From a virus (lineage: Duplodnaviria > Caudoviricetes): a stretch of DNA of 64,000 bases. Both the position numbers and the translations under genes were made by a program. The notes beneath the pieces are model-generated. The model searched no databases, had not been told where the DNA came from, and was given only the letters and a program-made list of their open reading frames with translations. Of the stretch, positions 49,668 to 57,769 are shown in pieces. Location of the stretch: positions 1 to 64,000 of IMG/VR virus record IMGVR_UViG_3300023070_000002; one strand, 5' to 3'. Every line of letters starts with the position of its first letter. Positions within the stretch are counted from its first letter, which is position 1.

Positions 49668-50469
49668 TATTAAAAAGTTTATAAACATAGTACTGAACGG
49701 CTAGCTGATTATAAAAATCATATGCTTTTTCCCCAATAGGTATTACATTGGGATTTAATGGAAAACATTCAAGTATTCTCGGAGTTTTGGTGGCTTCAGC
49801 CAGTTGGAAGCAAAAACTTTGACACCCCAGAAAGAACTTGCTTCCGCTTATTATTTTTGCCAACTCATAAAAATTATCGACCTGTAACAGGGGTATTTCT
49901 AAGTCCCATTCTCTACAAAACAAATCTCTTTCTTTTTGTAGTCCAGCAAATGCAAGTTTGTGCTGGTATTGTTTTAAAAAGTGATATGTGATAATAGGGT
50001 TTCGATGCCGTTGTGTAAAATTTATAATTCCCTTGTCGCTATATAAATTCGAAATAGTCTCTGGGATTTCGATCCATTTTTTTGATAAATCTGAAGTCAT
50101 TTCAGGAAATACATAACTATACCACCTGTTTAAACTCCCATTAGGCTGATTAGTGAACCGGTCTTGCCTTATAAGGTCAAAATCAAATATAACATCTTCC
50201 CCTTTATACTTTCTGAAGTCTTCAATATAGGGTTGCGATTTTATCAATGGGCGAAGCATATCAAACATATACTCGTTCATGCAAACTGGTTCGCCGTCTT
50301 TTGTTTCGAATGGGTGAACGCTTCCCAAGTAGGAAGATCCTATCATCCCAATTCTTTGATAAATAACAGCCTTTTTACCCGTTTGGTGCCACAACTGTTT
50401 AATACCCGCCAAGAAACTAATTAAGTCTCCTGCGGGGCTGCTTGTTTTAAACGTAATAAAGTCTGACAT
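49648..50469 (-). CDS. GT-B glycosyltransferase, GT9-like
   Basis: AGDLIS near the N-terminus; ELAKIISGSKFFLGCQSFCFQLAEATKTP. Confidence 0.75.
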   Translation of the reverse strand: MSDFITFKTSSPAGDLISFLAGIKQLWHQTGKKAVIYQRIGMIGSSYLGSVHPFETKDGEPVCMNEYMFDMLRPLIKSQPYIEDFRKYKGEDVIFDFDLIRQDRFTNQPNGSLNRWYSYVFPEMTSDLSKKWIEIPETISNLYSDKGIINFTQRHRNPIITYHFLKQYQHKLAFAGLQKERDLFCREWDLEIPLLQVDNFYELAKIISGSKFFLGCQSFCFQLAEATKTPRILECFPLNPNVIPIGEKAYDFYNQLAVQYYVYKLFNNEQQKS

Positions 50470-50484
50470 TTTTTAGACAATATT

Positions 50485-50492
50485 CAAAAATA
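50485..50492 (-). promoter_or_regulatory. -7 promoter element for the glycosyltransferase/terminase operon
   Basis: TATTTTTG on the minus strand, 15 nt upstream of the ATG. Confidence 0.5.
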
Positions 50493-50543
50493 CATTACTT
50501 TTACCTACGATATTTTTAATTAAAAACAATCAAATTTTTTAAC

Positions 50544-50801
50544 ATGGCTCAAATTCTTTCCGTAAGCGTTTATGGCCGCAACAATCAGAACTACGGCACT
50601 TCACAGGGTCGGACTATTGGCCTTCCTGTAAGCCGCCTAATGATTGAAAGCGCCCCGGCAAATTCCGTTTACAATGGGGTAACAACTGTAACCCAAATCA
50701 CTGTACTGCCAACAGGGGATGTATACCCGGGTTCTCCTTCAGTTTCGGTGTTTTTTACACCGACTGCACTCGCTACTGTTATTACTGCTGCGAACGCTTA
50801 G
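50544..50801 (+). CDS. isolated plus-strand gene, structural-protein-like composition
   Basis: 85 aa, S/T/V/N/G-rich, ends TALATVITAANA. Confidence 0.65.
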   Translation: MAQILSVSVYGRNNQNYGTSQGRTIGLPVSRLMIESAPANSVYNGVTTVTQITVLPTGDVYPGSPSVSVFFTPTALATVITAANA

Positions 50802-50819
50802 GCTCGTTTCTAATCCGCC

Positions 50820-51035
50820 CTACAAGAATTGCTCCGGCCAACTGCCGGAGTTTTTTATTAATTGTATGTCTTCAAAATAATTGATCTTTTGTTTATTATT
50901 TAAAATCCAAAACCCATTCTCGAAAACAAGGGTATCCGCGTCTCTTTGGTAGATTGTTTTTGGTATCAAAACTTTCTTTTCTTCCCACCCTGTTTTTAAC
51001 AATTCTGATGAATTTATTGCACGTACCTCTCTCAT
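50820..51035 (-). CDS. hypothetical protein
   Basis: 71-aa ORF coupled to the cupin gene. Confidence 0.5.
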   Translation of the reverse strand: MREVRAINSSELLKTGWEEKKVLIPKTIYQRDADTLVFENGFWILNNKQKINYFEDIQLIKNSGSWPEQFL

Positions 51036-51394
51036 ATCATCGCGGGGGTTATTCTGTAAGTATCGCTATCATCGTGAGTGGTGGAAACCTCAAAAATAAC
51101 TGACTCTTTTATGGCTTTTACTTTGTGGGGTTGTCCGGGTGAAATTGTGATCGTATCGCCTTCCCGCATGGTTATCAACGACAATTCGCCGGTCAATGTA
51201 TCAATTAAGGTTACCTGAACTTTACCAGATTGCAAATACCAGCTTTCTTTTTTTAGCAAATGGTAGTGCAGGCTTCCGCTTGCATCTTGGTTAAAGCAAA
51301 GAAGTTTACCGCAATAGTCCGCGCCATTGTAAATTATCTTTTCGCATCCCCAAGCCTTTTCAATTGCAAATGGTTGTTTAGTCGCAGGTACCAT
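51032..51394 (-). CDS. cupin (sugar isomerase/epimerase-like)
   Basis: EKAWGCE, SLHYHLLKKESWY, GQPHKV, FEVST. Confidence 0.85.
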   Translation of the reverse strand: MVPATKQPFAIEKAWGCEKIIYNGADYCGKLLCFNQDASGSLHYHLLKKESWYLQSGKVQVTLIDTLTGELSLITMREGDTITISPGQPHKVKAIKESVIFEVSTTHDDSDTYRITPAMI

Positions 51395-51396
51395 AC

Positions 51397-51579
51397 TTAC
51401 TGAAGATTTAAAACCCTATCAACCTTTGATTGCAATTCTGTTGCTTTGTTTTCGACTTGTTTTTGCTCTTCTGACAATGCCTTTCCAACAGCTTCTTTTA
51501 TCTGTATCCAAGCCTCATACTGTTCATCTGCTGATCCTTTGGAAAGCTCTTTGAGTATTTTATCTGTGTTTATTGGCAT
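51397..51579 (-). CDS. hypothetical coiled-coil protein
   Basis: 60-aa ORF. Confidence 0.55.
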   Translation of the reverse strand: MPINTDKILKELSKGSADEQYEAWIQIKEAVGKALSEEQKQVENKATELQSKVDRVLNLQ

Positions 51580-51584
51580 TTTAA

Positions 51585-51896
51585 TTAATCTTTGGAGATT
51601 ATCCTATTCAGATGACGTTCTATGCCCTGAAGCACACACAAATTATAATCCAGTCGCGCAAGTTTTTCGAACGATGCTTCAATAAAACTATTTGGCGCAT
51701 CCTTCTGTGGTTGTTCTTCATCATCATGTTTGTCAACCGACAGGTTCAGTATTTGGTTGACGCTTTTTTCTATTTCAGACAGAATCGCACTCTGTTGGTT
51801 TATCGACAGACTTAAACGCTGAATAAAATTATCAAGGGCAGGGGCTTCTTCAGGAGATACCCCAGCTTTAGCCGTTTTTAGTGATGTGGTTATCAT
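51585..51896 (-). CDS. hypothetical protein
   Basis: 103-aa ORF. Confidence 0.55.
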   Translation of the reverse strand: MITTSLKTAKAGVSPEEAPALDNFIQRLSLSINQQSAILSEIEKSVNQILNLSVDKHDDEEQPQKDAPNSFIEASFEKLARLDYNLCVLQGIERHLNRIISKD

Positions 51897-51903
51897 ATTT
51901 TGA

Positions 51904-52044
51904 TCATGGTTTAATTTTGAAGTACTTTTTAAGGATAGTAGTAACCGCTTCGGTCATATTCTTAAACCGGTTTTCTTTTATCGCCTTTTCTATGGCCTCC
52001 TCTACCTCTTTCCCCCACCTTACTGTATGTCCTTTTTTCTGCAT
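51904..52044 (-). CDS. ribbon-helix-helix regulator, 46 aa (absent from the ORF track)
   Basis: KGHTVRWGKEVEEAIEKAIKENRFKNMTEAVTTILKKYF: strand, helix, helix. Confidence 0.7.
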   Translation of the reverse strand: MQKKGHTVRWGKEVEEAIEKAIKENRFKNMTEAVTTILKKYFKIKP

Positions 52045-52048
52045 GGGG

Positions 52049-52081
52049 CAAATGTAATTCGAATGTAATACACAAACCAAA
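52049..52081 (-). promoter_or_regulatory. promoter with two direct repeats upstream of the RHH gene
   Basis: TTTG, 21 nt, then TACATTTG; ATTACATT twice at an 11-bp period; ATG 4 nt downstream. Confidence 0.65.
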
Positions 52082-52082
52082 C

Positions 52083-52316
52083 TTATTTTTTCAATGCCTT
52101 GTGCTGTATGTTCATTTCAGGTTTTTTATTAAACCCGTTTTCGTCTACTAAATCTGGTTCTGCAAATGGCGTAATGATGAAATGGCAGCTATCTATTCCT
52201 TTTGCATATAGCCTTTGCCATGTCCAGATAATATCCTTTCTGTTTCTCTTTGACGAATAATACTTCAGGTCTGCTTGTTCCCCGTTTCTTTTGTGCAGTG
52301 ATATAATTCCTTTCAT
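52083..52316 (-). CDS. hypothetical protein
   Basis: 77-aa ORF. Confidence 0.55.
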   Translation of the reverse strand: MKGIISLHKRNGEQADLKYYSSKRNRKDIIWTWQRLYAKGIDSCHFIITPFAEPDLVDENGFNKKPEMNIQHKALKK

Positions 52317-52336
52317 TTTTGAATAAGTTGGGAAGG

Positions 52337-52525
52337 TTATTCTATTTTATTTTCAGGAAACATTTTATTGTACTTCTCTTTGATCTCGGCAACATGTATT
52401 TTATCCTGCATTTTTTCATAGGCGCGTGTCTTTTTTAACTGCCTATACCATTTTATTAGAAAAGGGATCTTGGTAGCCCACCCTAATAAAAATCCATAGA
52501 TTAAATACCAATATTTATTTTCCAT
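52337..52525 (-). CDS. small membrane protein
   Basis: N-terminal TM segment. Confidence 0.5.
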   Translation of the reverse strand: MENKYWYLIYGFLLGWATKIPFLIKWYRQLKKTRAYEKMQDKIHVAEIKEKYNKMFPENKIE

Positions 52526-52536
52526 ATATTTTCTGT

Positions 52537-52791
52537 TTAAGTGCTTTTACTTTTGGGAATTAATAATTCGTGCGGTTTTATTTTGACAACTGTTTTACTC
52601 CATTCATCCAACAACCTTCTTATTTCATGATATTCATCCCAAAGTAGTTTTCGTTCTTTCCCTACTACTCCGTTTTGTATTATTTTGCCAATGCGGTGTC
52701 CCCTTATCCTTAAATCTCCCATTGCCGCTCCGTAATCATTTGGATATTTTTCAATAACTATTTGGCATCTTCTGTTAGTGCTATTTCCCAT
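52537..52791 (-). CDS. hypothetical protein
   Basis: 84-aa ORF. Confidence 0.55.
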   Translation of the reverse strand: MGNSTNRRCQIVIEKYPNDYGAAMGDLRIRGHRIGKIIQNGVVGKERKLLWDEYHEIRRLLDEWSKTVVKIKPHELLIPKSKST

Positions 52792-53383
52792 AAACTAGTT
52801 CGGTTAAATGGTGATACAATTTATTTTGTCTTTCCAGTGGCGTTACCAATGGTAAAACGTTCAATAGCTTTTCTTTCAGAACATCCCATTCCTTACTGTC
52901 TTTTAGTGTTAACCACGTGATTTTGTTTTGGTCAAAAGAAGTGTGGCATTGTAAACAAAGTTCAATCCAATTATCTTCATTTGCTGCTTGACTTGGGAAT
53001 CCGCCTTTATCAACTGGACGTTTTGGCAACAGGTGTGCTACCGACGCACGTTTCATGGTCTCGATAGTTCTTTCGTGTTTTTTATCATTGGCTTCTTTTG
53101 ACCAATTGGAATTGTCGTCTCTCCAAAACTTTGTATCAATTGCAGTTGTTTTCCCGCCACAAAAAAAACATTTCCCGGTACATCGCCGTAGCATTTTATC
53201 AAAGAATTTATCCAGTTCGCTATCTGACCCTTTTTCTTTCGCTGCTTTATTTTCAGCCTCTTTTTTCAAAGACACTTTTCTAGGTGCCTTGGGAGTTTTC
53301 TTCACTGCCTCTTTTGGCAACTGACCTAACTTTATCTTTTGCAGTCTTGCAAAGTAGGAGAGTATTGGTTTTTCTTCGCTCAT
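52781..53383 (-). CDS. HNH-like nuclease (NinG/Ref-like)
   Basis: CFFCGG, VAHLLPK, NWIELCLQCHTSFD. Confidence 0.7.
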   Translation of the reverse strand: MSEEKPILSYFARLQKIKLGQLPKEAVKKTPKAPRKVSLKKEAENKAAKEKGSDSELDKFFDKMLRRCTGKCFFCGGKTTAIDTKFWRDDNSNWSKEANDKKHERTIETMKRASVAHLLPKRPVDKGGFPSQAANEDNWIELCLQCHTSFDQNKITWLTLKDSKEWDVLKEKLLNVLPLVTPLERQNKLYHHLTELVYGK

Positions 53384-53581
53384 GTAATTATTTTTTACCC
53401 GTTATGAATTAGAACTATTAAAATGAATATCCCCGTAAGACACAGTAATATAAAAACACTTGCCCAGCACATTTCAATACATTCAATTCCTGTCATGTCT
53501 TTCTTTTTCCACTTGGATATATACCATTTAAAAATGTTTTTCATATTTTTTTATAGGTTTTTATCTTGGTAGATCATTTGG

Positions 53582-53899
53582 TTAGCTTGTTAAGATGCCG
53601 ATTGTATAAATTATTTTCAACGCTTCAAGTCTAAATTCAGGCGGAGTACCCGGAAATGTTTCGTTTACGAATTTTCTCCATCCTATTTTCTCCTCATTAT
53701 CTATGGTCTCAATTGGAGGGACGGACTTATATTTGGAAAGAAAAACGTGTCTTGGTATTGCCAATGTGCAGTAGGCCTTTAAAATAGTCTGGTAAGACAG
53801 GTAATGGTGCTGCCACTCCCCGCTAATTTTTACAGGATATTTCATCCCCGATTGCAGGTCATTTAAATATCTTTCAACAAGACTTTCGGTCAGGTTCAT
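53582..53899 (-). CDS. hypothetical protein
   Basis: 105-aa ORF coupled to the replication gene. Confidence 0.55.
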   Translation of the reverse strand: MNLTESLVERYLNDLQSGMKYPVKISGEWQHHYLSYQTILKAYCTLAIPRHVFLSKYKSVPPIETIDNEEKIGWRKFVNETFPGTPPEFRLEALKIIYTIGILTS

Positions 53900-54561
53900 T
53901 AGTTATTATAGTTTTTACGTTCCCTTCTTTCGTCTCTTTGTATCTGGGCTTTTGTTCTGTACTGTTCCATCATTTTACCAAAGGCGCTGCCGTCTTTCGG
54001 ATTTTGCCGGTCAAAAATATTAGCATCCCCCATACTTTTGTAATATTCGTGCTGAGTATCTCTTATTTTTATCGCCTCCTGCCATCTTTCATCCCTGTAT
54101 TTATTAAAAAACAGGTTAAACTTTACTGCATCAATAGAGCCATACAAATCGCCATACTTCCCTCGTGTTAGCTGTTGAAGGAATAAAAGAAGGTCTGGTA
54201 TGGAAATTTTATCATCTTTAGAATCATCAATAATCATTTCAGCAAGATCGACTATCTGAATCGGCGTCATTGGCGACTTCAGGTTCATTGCTTCCATTGC
54301 AAGGGTAATAGCAACCGTAATTATTGTAACGGTACCTCTCATGTCTCTTTCAGCCATTGCACATATCCTTTCCTCGTTTGGGATTTTAATAAGTTCCGCA
54401 TAATTTGGCGCCGCTCCGTCCTTATACTTGCGTAGTTCATTATTCACGCCAACCCTGTCAATTCCCGTTACATCTACCTTCCCATCTTTAGTAAGTCCTT
54501 GCGCTAAGTATATCAGTAGTGATTTTTCTGTTTTGTTCGACTGAAGCTGATTTTGTTCCAT
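53899..54561 (-). CDS. replication-associated protein (helicase-loader-like)
   Basis: DLLLFL..LTRGKYGDLYGSID pattern and position after the initiator; start moved to MEQNQL. Confidence 0.5.
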   Translation of the reverse strand: MEQNQLQSNKTEKSLLIYLAQGLTKDGKVDVTGIDRVGVNNELRKYKDGAAPNYAELIKIPNEERICAMAERDMRGTVTIITVAITLAMEAMNLKSPMTPIQIVDLAEMIIDDSKDDKISIPDLLLFLQQLTRGKYGDLYGSIDAVKFNLFFNKYRDERWQEAIKIRDTQHEYYKSMGDANIFDRQNPKDGSAFGKMMEQYRTKAQIQRDERRERKNYNN

Positions 54562-54811
54562 TGTTGTTATTTTTAAGCATATAAAATCCTGACCATGTAT
54601 TCTCGATAGATTGCATGATAATAGCCTTAGCAACTTCTTCTACACCCCCTGATAAAGTTACAAGTTGCATAAGGCGGGCTTGTTCGCTGATTACGCCCTT
54701 GTATTTAAACTTATGTTCTTCCCATCGATAATCTTTCCATAGCTGCCATGTGTCTAAAAAGGCTTCTGAAAAGGGATTAACAATGTTTTTAGGTAGTTGG
54801 CGTGTTTTCAT
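54488..54811 (-). CDS. replication initiator C-terminal-type domain protein
   Basis: FLDTWQLWKDYR.E...YK...SE...L..LSGG...A..II.QSI.N.WSG motif; start moved to MKTRQ. Confidence 0.6.
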   Translation of the reverse strand: MKTRQLPKNIVNPFSEAFLDTWQLWKDYRWEEHKFKYKGVISEQARLMQLVTLSGGVEEVAKAIIMQSIENTWSGFYMLKNNNNGTKSASVEQNRKITTDILSARTY

Positions 54812-54812
54812 T

Positions 54813-55787
54813 TCATTTCTCCTTTTTAAAATTATAACCAATAACAGGGGTTGTGACAATGGCTCTGTCAATAAGATTGTTAAATCTCCACAACGGCGTT
54901 TTATCTCTATGATTAAACTTCCAAACTATTTCATCCATATAATTTTGCACATACTCATGCCCAATTTTAGTATGCGCCCCGCGTATATTACGTTTCATAA
55001 CGCCCCAAAAGTTTTCAATACTATTAGTATGTACCTCTTCCCGAACATATTCATGTTTAGAATGCTCTACAAAATCATGCTCATAACTTTTTTTCAGGTT
55101 ATTATATCCTGACCATCCGTCCGTAAATATTGTTGTATTTGGTTCAACATGCCTGCCGATAACCTCGTCAAGTGTTTTAATATTTCTTTCTTCAATCAGT
55201 TCGACCTTAATCAAACCTGATTTTCTTTCCAAGAATCCCAAAATAGGCTGTTTTCGAGTTTTGCAAATCGAACCCCACCTTGACCATTTGGTGCCGCCGC
55301 CAATAAAGGCTTCGTCAATTTCAACTACCCCAGAAAACTTTCCCAGAGGGACTTGAAAAAGGCTTTTCCTAATAGACTTCATCATTCGATGCGCCGTTTT
55401 ATACTCAATATTTAGGTTTTTACTTGCCTGTATTGCTGAAATATTTTTCTTACTTATGCTACTGTTATACATCAAATAAAACCAGTAAGGAAGCGGAGTT
55501 GTCGTTTTTTGAAAAATCGTCCCCGCAGTTACGCATATTTGTTTTGAACATTTTACGCATTGATAACGCTTTCCGCCTTTCATCATCTTGAACGTATCTT
55601 CTTTTGATTTAAGACACACACACCTATTGCCTGCTTTGTTTTTTTTTAAATATAAGAACCTAAAGCATTTTTCTATATCAGATGTTTTCTGCAAAAAGTC
55701 AAACAAACTAATATTCTCATCGGTTATTCCGAAAATATCGCTGAAGATTTCTAAATCAGTATTATTCATAATTTCTTTTTTTTGCAT
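54813..55787 (-). mobile_element. IS1595-family DDE transposase gene
   Basis: Zn ribbon (CVC...CVKC), HTH, VVEIDE, IFTDG, HTNSIENFW; no terminal inverted repeats found by eye. Confidence 0.9.
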
Positions 55788-56320
55788 AGCACACTTTCCT
55801 TAGCATCCTATATTGAATGCTAATGTAACTAGCTTATTTTACTGGCATCCTTCAAAAGAATAGTTATCTCGTAATTATCGTAGTGCTCGCTAGCCGTTCT
55901 ATTCAATTTAAGCCTTAAAAAGCATTCTCGCTAAGTAAGGCAACAGTATCACAGGTCTTTCTCGTAACGGTACGATATGCTTTGTTGTTCATCTGACAGT
56001 GCTGGGTCAGAAGTTTTACCTGTATGGCGTAGAAACGCAATAAACTTAAAATTCGTAACTTTGAGTTGAATAGGGTTAATAATCCCCTACGCTGTCAATG
56101 CTTTAAAAACACAGCGGATATGTTCAAAATTGTGGGAGGCGTTAAAACCTCCCACTTGCGTATATAGTCTGGGCGAAGCGCAATAGTTGTTTCTCGTTTG
56201 AACATAGCAGGGCAACTCTTGGAAAACCCCTTTCTGCGTTTTAAAAATCGTATTGTATGCCGTTATTCGGCTTTATTCACTCGCTTTTTACCACCCCTAA
56301 TTGTGATCAAGAACTAAAAT

Positions 56321-56407
56321 AAAAAAAGCCCTGCCGGAAAACCGGAGGGCGAAGCTGCTAAGCTAAATGCTGAAAAATATACGTGAATATTGACGAAACC
56401 CGTCAAC
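56321..56407 (-). ncRNA. candidate ~87-nt small RNA or attenuator
   Basis: TACATTTG promoter element (56412-56419), 5' hairpin TTGACG/CGTCAA, terminator GCCCT-CCGG/CCGG-AGGGC plus T7. Confidence 0.5.
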
Positions 56408-56501
56408 AGGACAAATGTAAGAAGAATTTCTTAAAAACATATTAATACAGCATTAAACTTAGCAGAACAAATTTATAAAAAATAAAACGAGACCAGCAAA
56501 T

Positions 56502-56699
56502 TTATTTTTCTCTTGCCTTAAATTCTTCATCCACAAAGGCTTTCATTTTCTCCCAATCTTCCTTTGTAATAGTAAACCAGAAGGATCCTGCCATATCATT
56601 GTTTTCGGCAACAAACAACTCTCCGATCGCATTCATGTGCATTACCATTTCGCACCCATCCGAAGAAAAGATCAGGTGTTTGCATTCGCTGGTTGCCAT
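56502..56699 (-). CDS. hypothetical protein
   Basis: 65-aa ORF. Confidence 0.6.
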   Translation of the reverse strand: MATSECKHLIFSSDGCEMVMHMNAIGELFVAENNDMAGSFWFTITKEDWEKMKAFVDEEFKAREK

Positions 56700-56890
56700 T
56701 ACTTTTTGATTTTACAGTTTAGCACTTGATTAATTCGGCTTATTTCTTCGTCCGTAAACTCCCAAACGCCGTTTATCTTTTTAGACAAATCCGCTTCAGG
56801 TATACGAGCGCTAAAAGACAGCCAGCGCTGCGTTCTGCCATCCAATGCAATCTTTACTTGCTCAGGCACTGTTAATGCTACTTTATCCAT
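56699..56890 (-). CDS. Cro-like HTH regulator
   Basis: GRTQRWLSFSARIPEADLSKKING; first gene of the leftward unit. Confidence 0.8.
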   Translation of the reverse strand: MDKVALTVPEQVKIALDGRTQRWLSFSARIPEADLSKKINGVWEFTDEEISRINQVLNCKIKK

Positions 56891-56997
56891 AGTAATAATA
56901 ATTAGTTATGCGAAGTAAATAATTTTCCGCGAAACAACCAATAATATTTATTTTATTAGATTTACCAAATTTTCTTGGTGAATTGAAAAAGACTTCT

Positions 56998-57005
56998 TAC
57001 GTTTG
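56998..57005 (+). promoter_or_regulatory. -7 element of the rightward divergent promoter
   Basis: TACGTTTG in the AT-rich divergence region. Confidence 0.6.
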
Positions 57006-57041
57006 CTTCATCAATCGAAAATAATCTCTAAACTAACAATT

Positions 57042-57245
57042 ATGGCTATTGTGAAAGACTTAGCACAAGACAGTACATTAATTTCTGATTGGGATGCCGA
57101 AGGTGCGGCAGAACAACCTATTATTGTAGAAAACTACAAAGGAGGCGGTGTTTTAAAGATCGTAGGAACGGATGGAGAATCGGTAAACATTCCATACCGG
57201 TTAATACCTGCTCTTATTAAGGTTATGAAAAAATATTCGGCTTAG
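57042..57245 (+). CDS. hypothetical protein
   Basis: Start moved to MAIVKD. Confidence 0.6.
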   Translation: MAIVKDLAQDSTLISDWDAEGAAEQPIIVENYKGGGVLKIVGTDGESVNIPYRLIPALIKVMKKYSA

Positions 57246-57302
57246 TTTAAAAAACACCGTTTGTAAAAAGACAATTACATTTCACTCGATAAAAAAAATA
57301 TT

Positions 57303-57527
57303 ATGCGATTAAAATCAACCACCTTTTGGGTGGAGTCAAAAGATGAAAAAGGGAAAGAACAAATTGTCGGGCATAGCCAAGACCAAAAAACGGGTGAGAT
57401 ATACTTTCTACACCTGACTAAAGCAAGTGCTAATAAATTACTTAAAGCAGAAAAGAAAATAAGTCCTGAATATAAGTATCGTGTAGTGAGGGAAATTAAA
57501 GAGATGTTTAGGACTGAATGGGAATAA
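57303..57527 (+). CDS. hypothetical protein
   Basis: 74-aa ORF. Confidence 0.6.
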   Translation: MRLKSTTFWVESKDEKGKEQIVGHSQDQKTGEIYFLHLTKASANKLLKAEKKISPEYKYRVVREIKEMFRTEWE

Positions 57528-57561
57528 TAAAAGTTCTTTGTAAAAATAGTTTGGAGTAGTA

Positions 57562-57723
57562 GAGAATGTGGCGGAGTTAAACGCATAGTTTGGTTGGACA
57601 TTTAGAAATTGCACTTACGGCTTAGAAAAGCGTGAATTTGCGAACCGTATTGAGGCATCACGTAAAAATCGAACTATAAGCCGAACGTATTTTGGTTGCA
57701 GGTATCAAATCCTGTCATTCTCT
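57562..57723 (+). ncRNA. tRNA-like RNA with an 81-nt anticodon-loop insertion
   Basis: Acceptor GAGAATG/CATTCTC, D arm GCG/CGC, anticodon stem TAGTT/AACTA, long variable arm, T arm GCAGG-TATCAAAT-CCTGT. Confidence 0.6.
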
Positions 57724-57769
57724 ATTTACTCCTTACAAAAACAGTTCGTAATGTTTAAATTTTAATACA

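Noticed and set aside
53384-53581. Tiny hydrophobic ORF (MTGIECIEMCWASVFILL...) on the minus strand
   Set aside because: Plausible, but only 33 aa with no corroborating evidence
56150-56175. CAGACTATATACG (minus strand) / GTATATAGTCT (plus strand), resembling group I intron R or S elements
   Set aside because: No complementary P7 partner on the same strand and no interrupted gene, so a group I intron or IStron is not supported
57562-57723. tmRNA or canonical functional tRNA interpretation
   Set aside because: No G3:U70 pair, a long variable arm is present, the RNA is too short for tmRNA, and no 7-nt anticodon loop can be assigned
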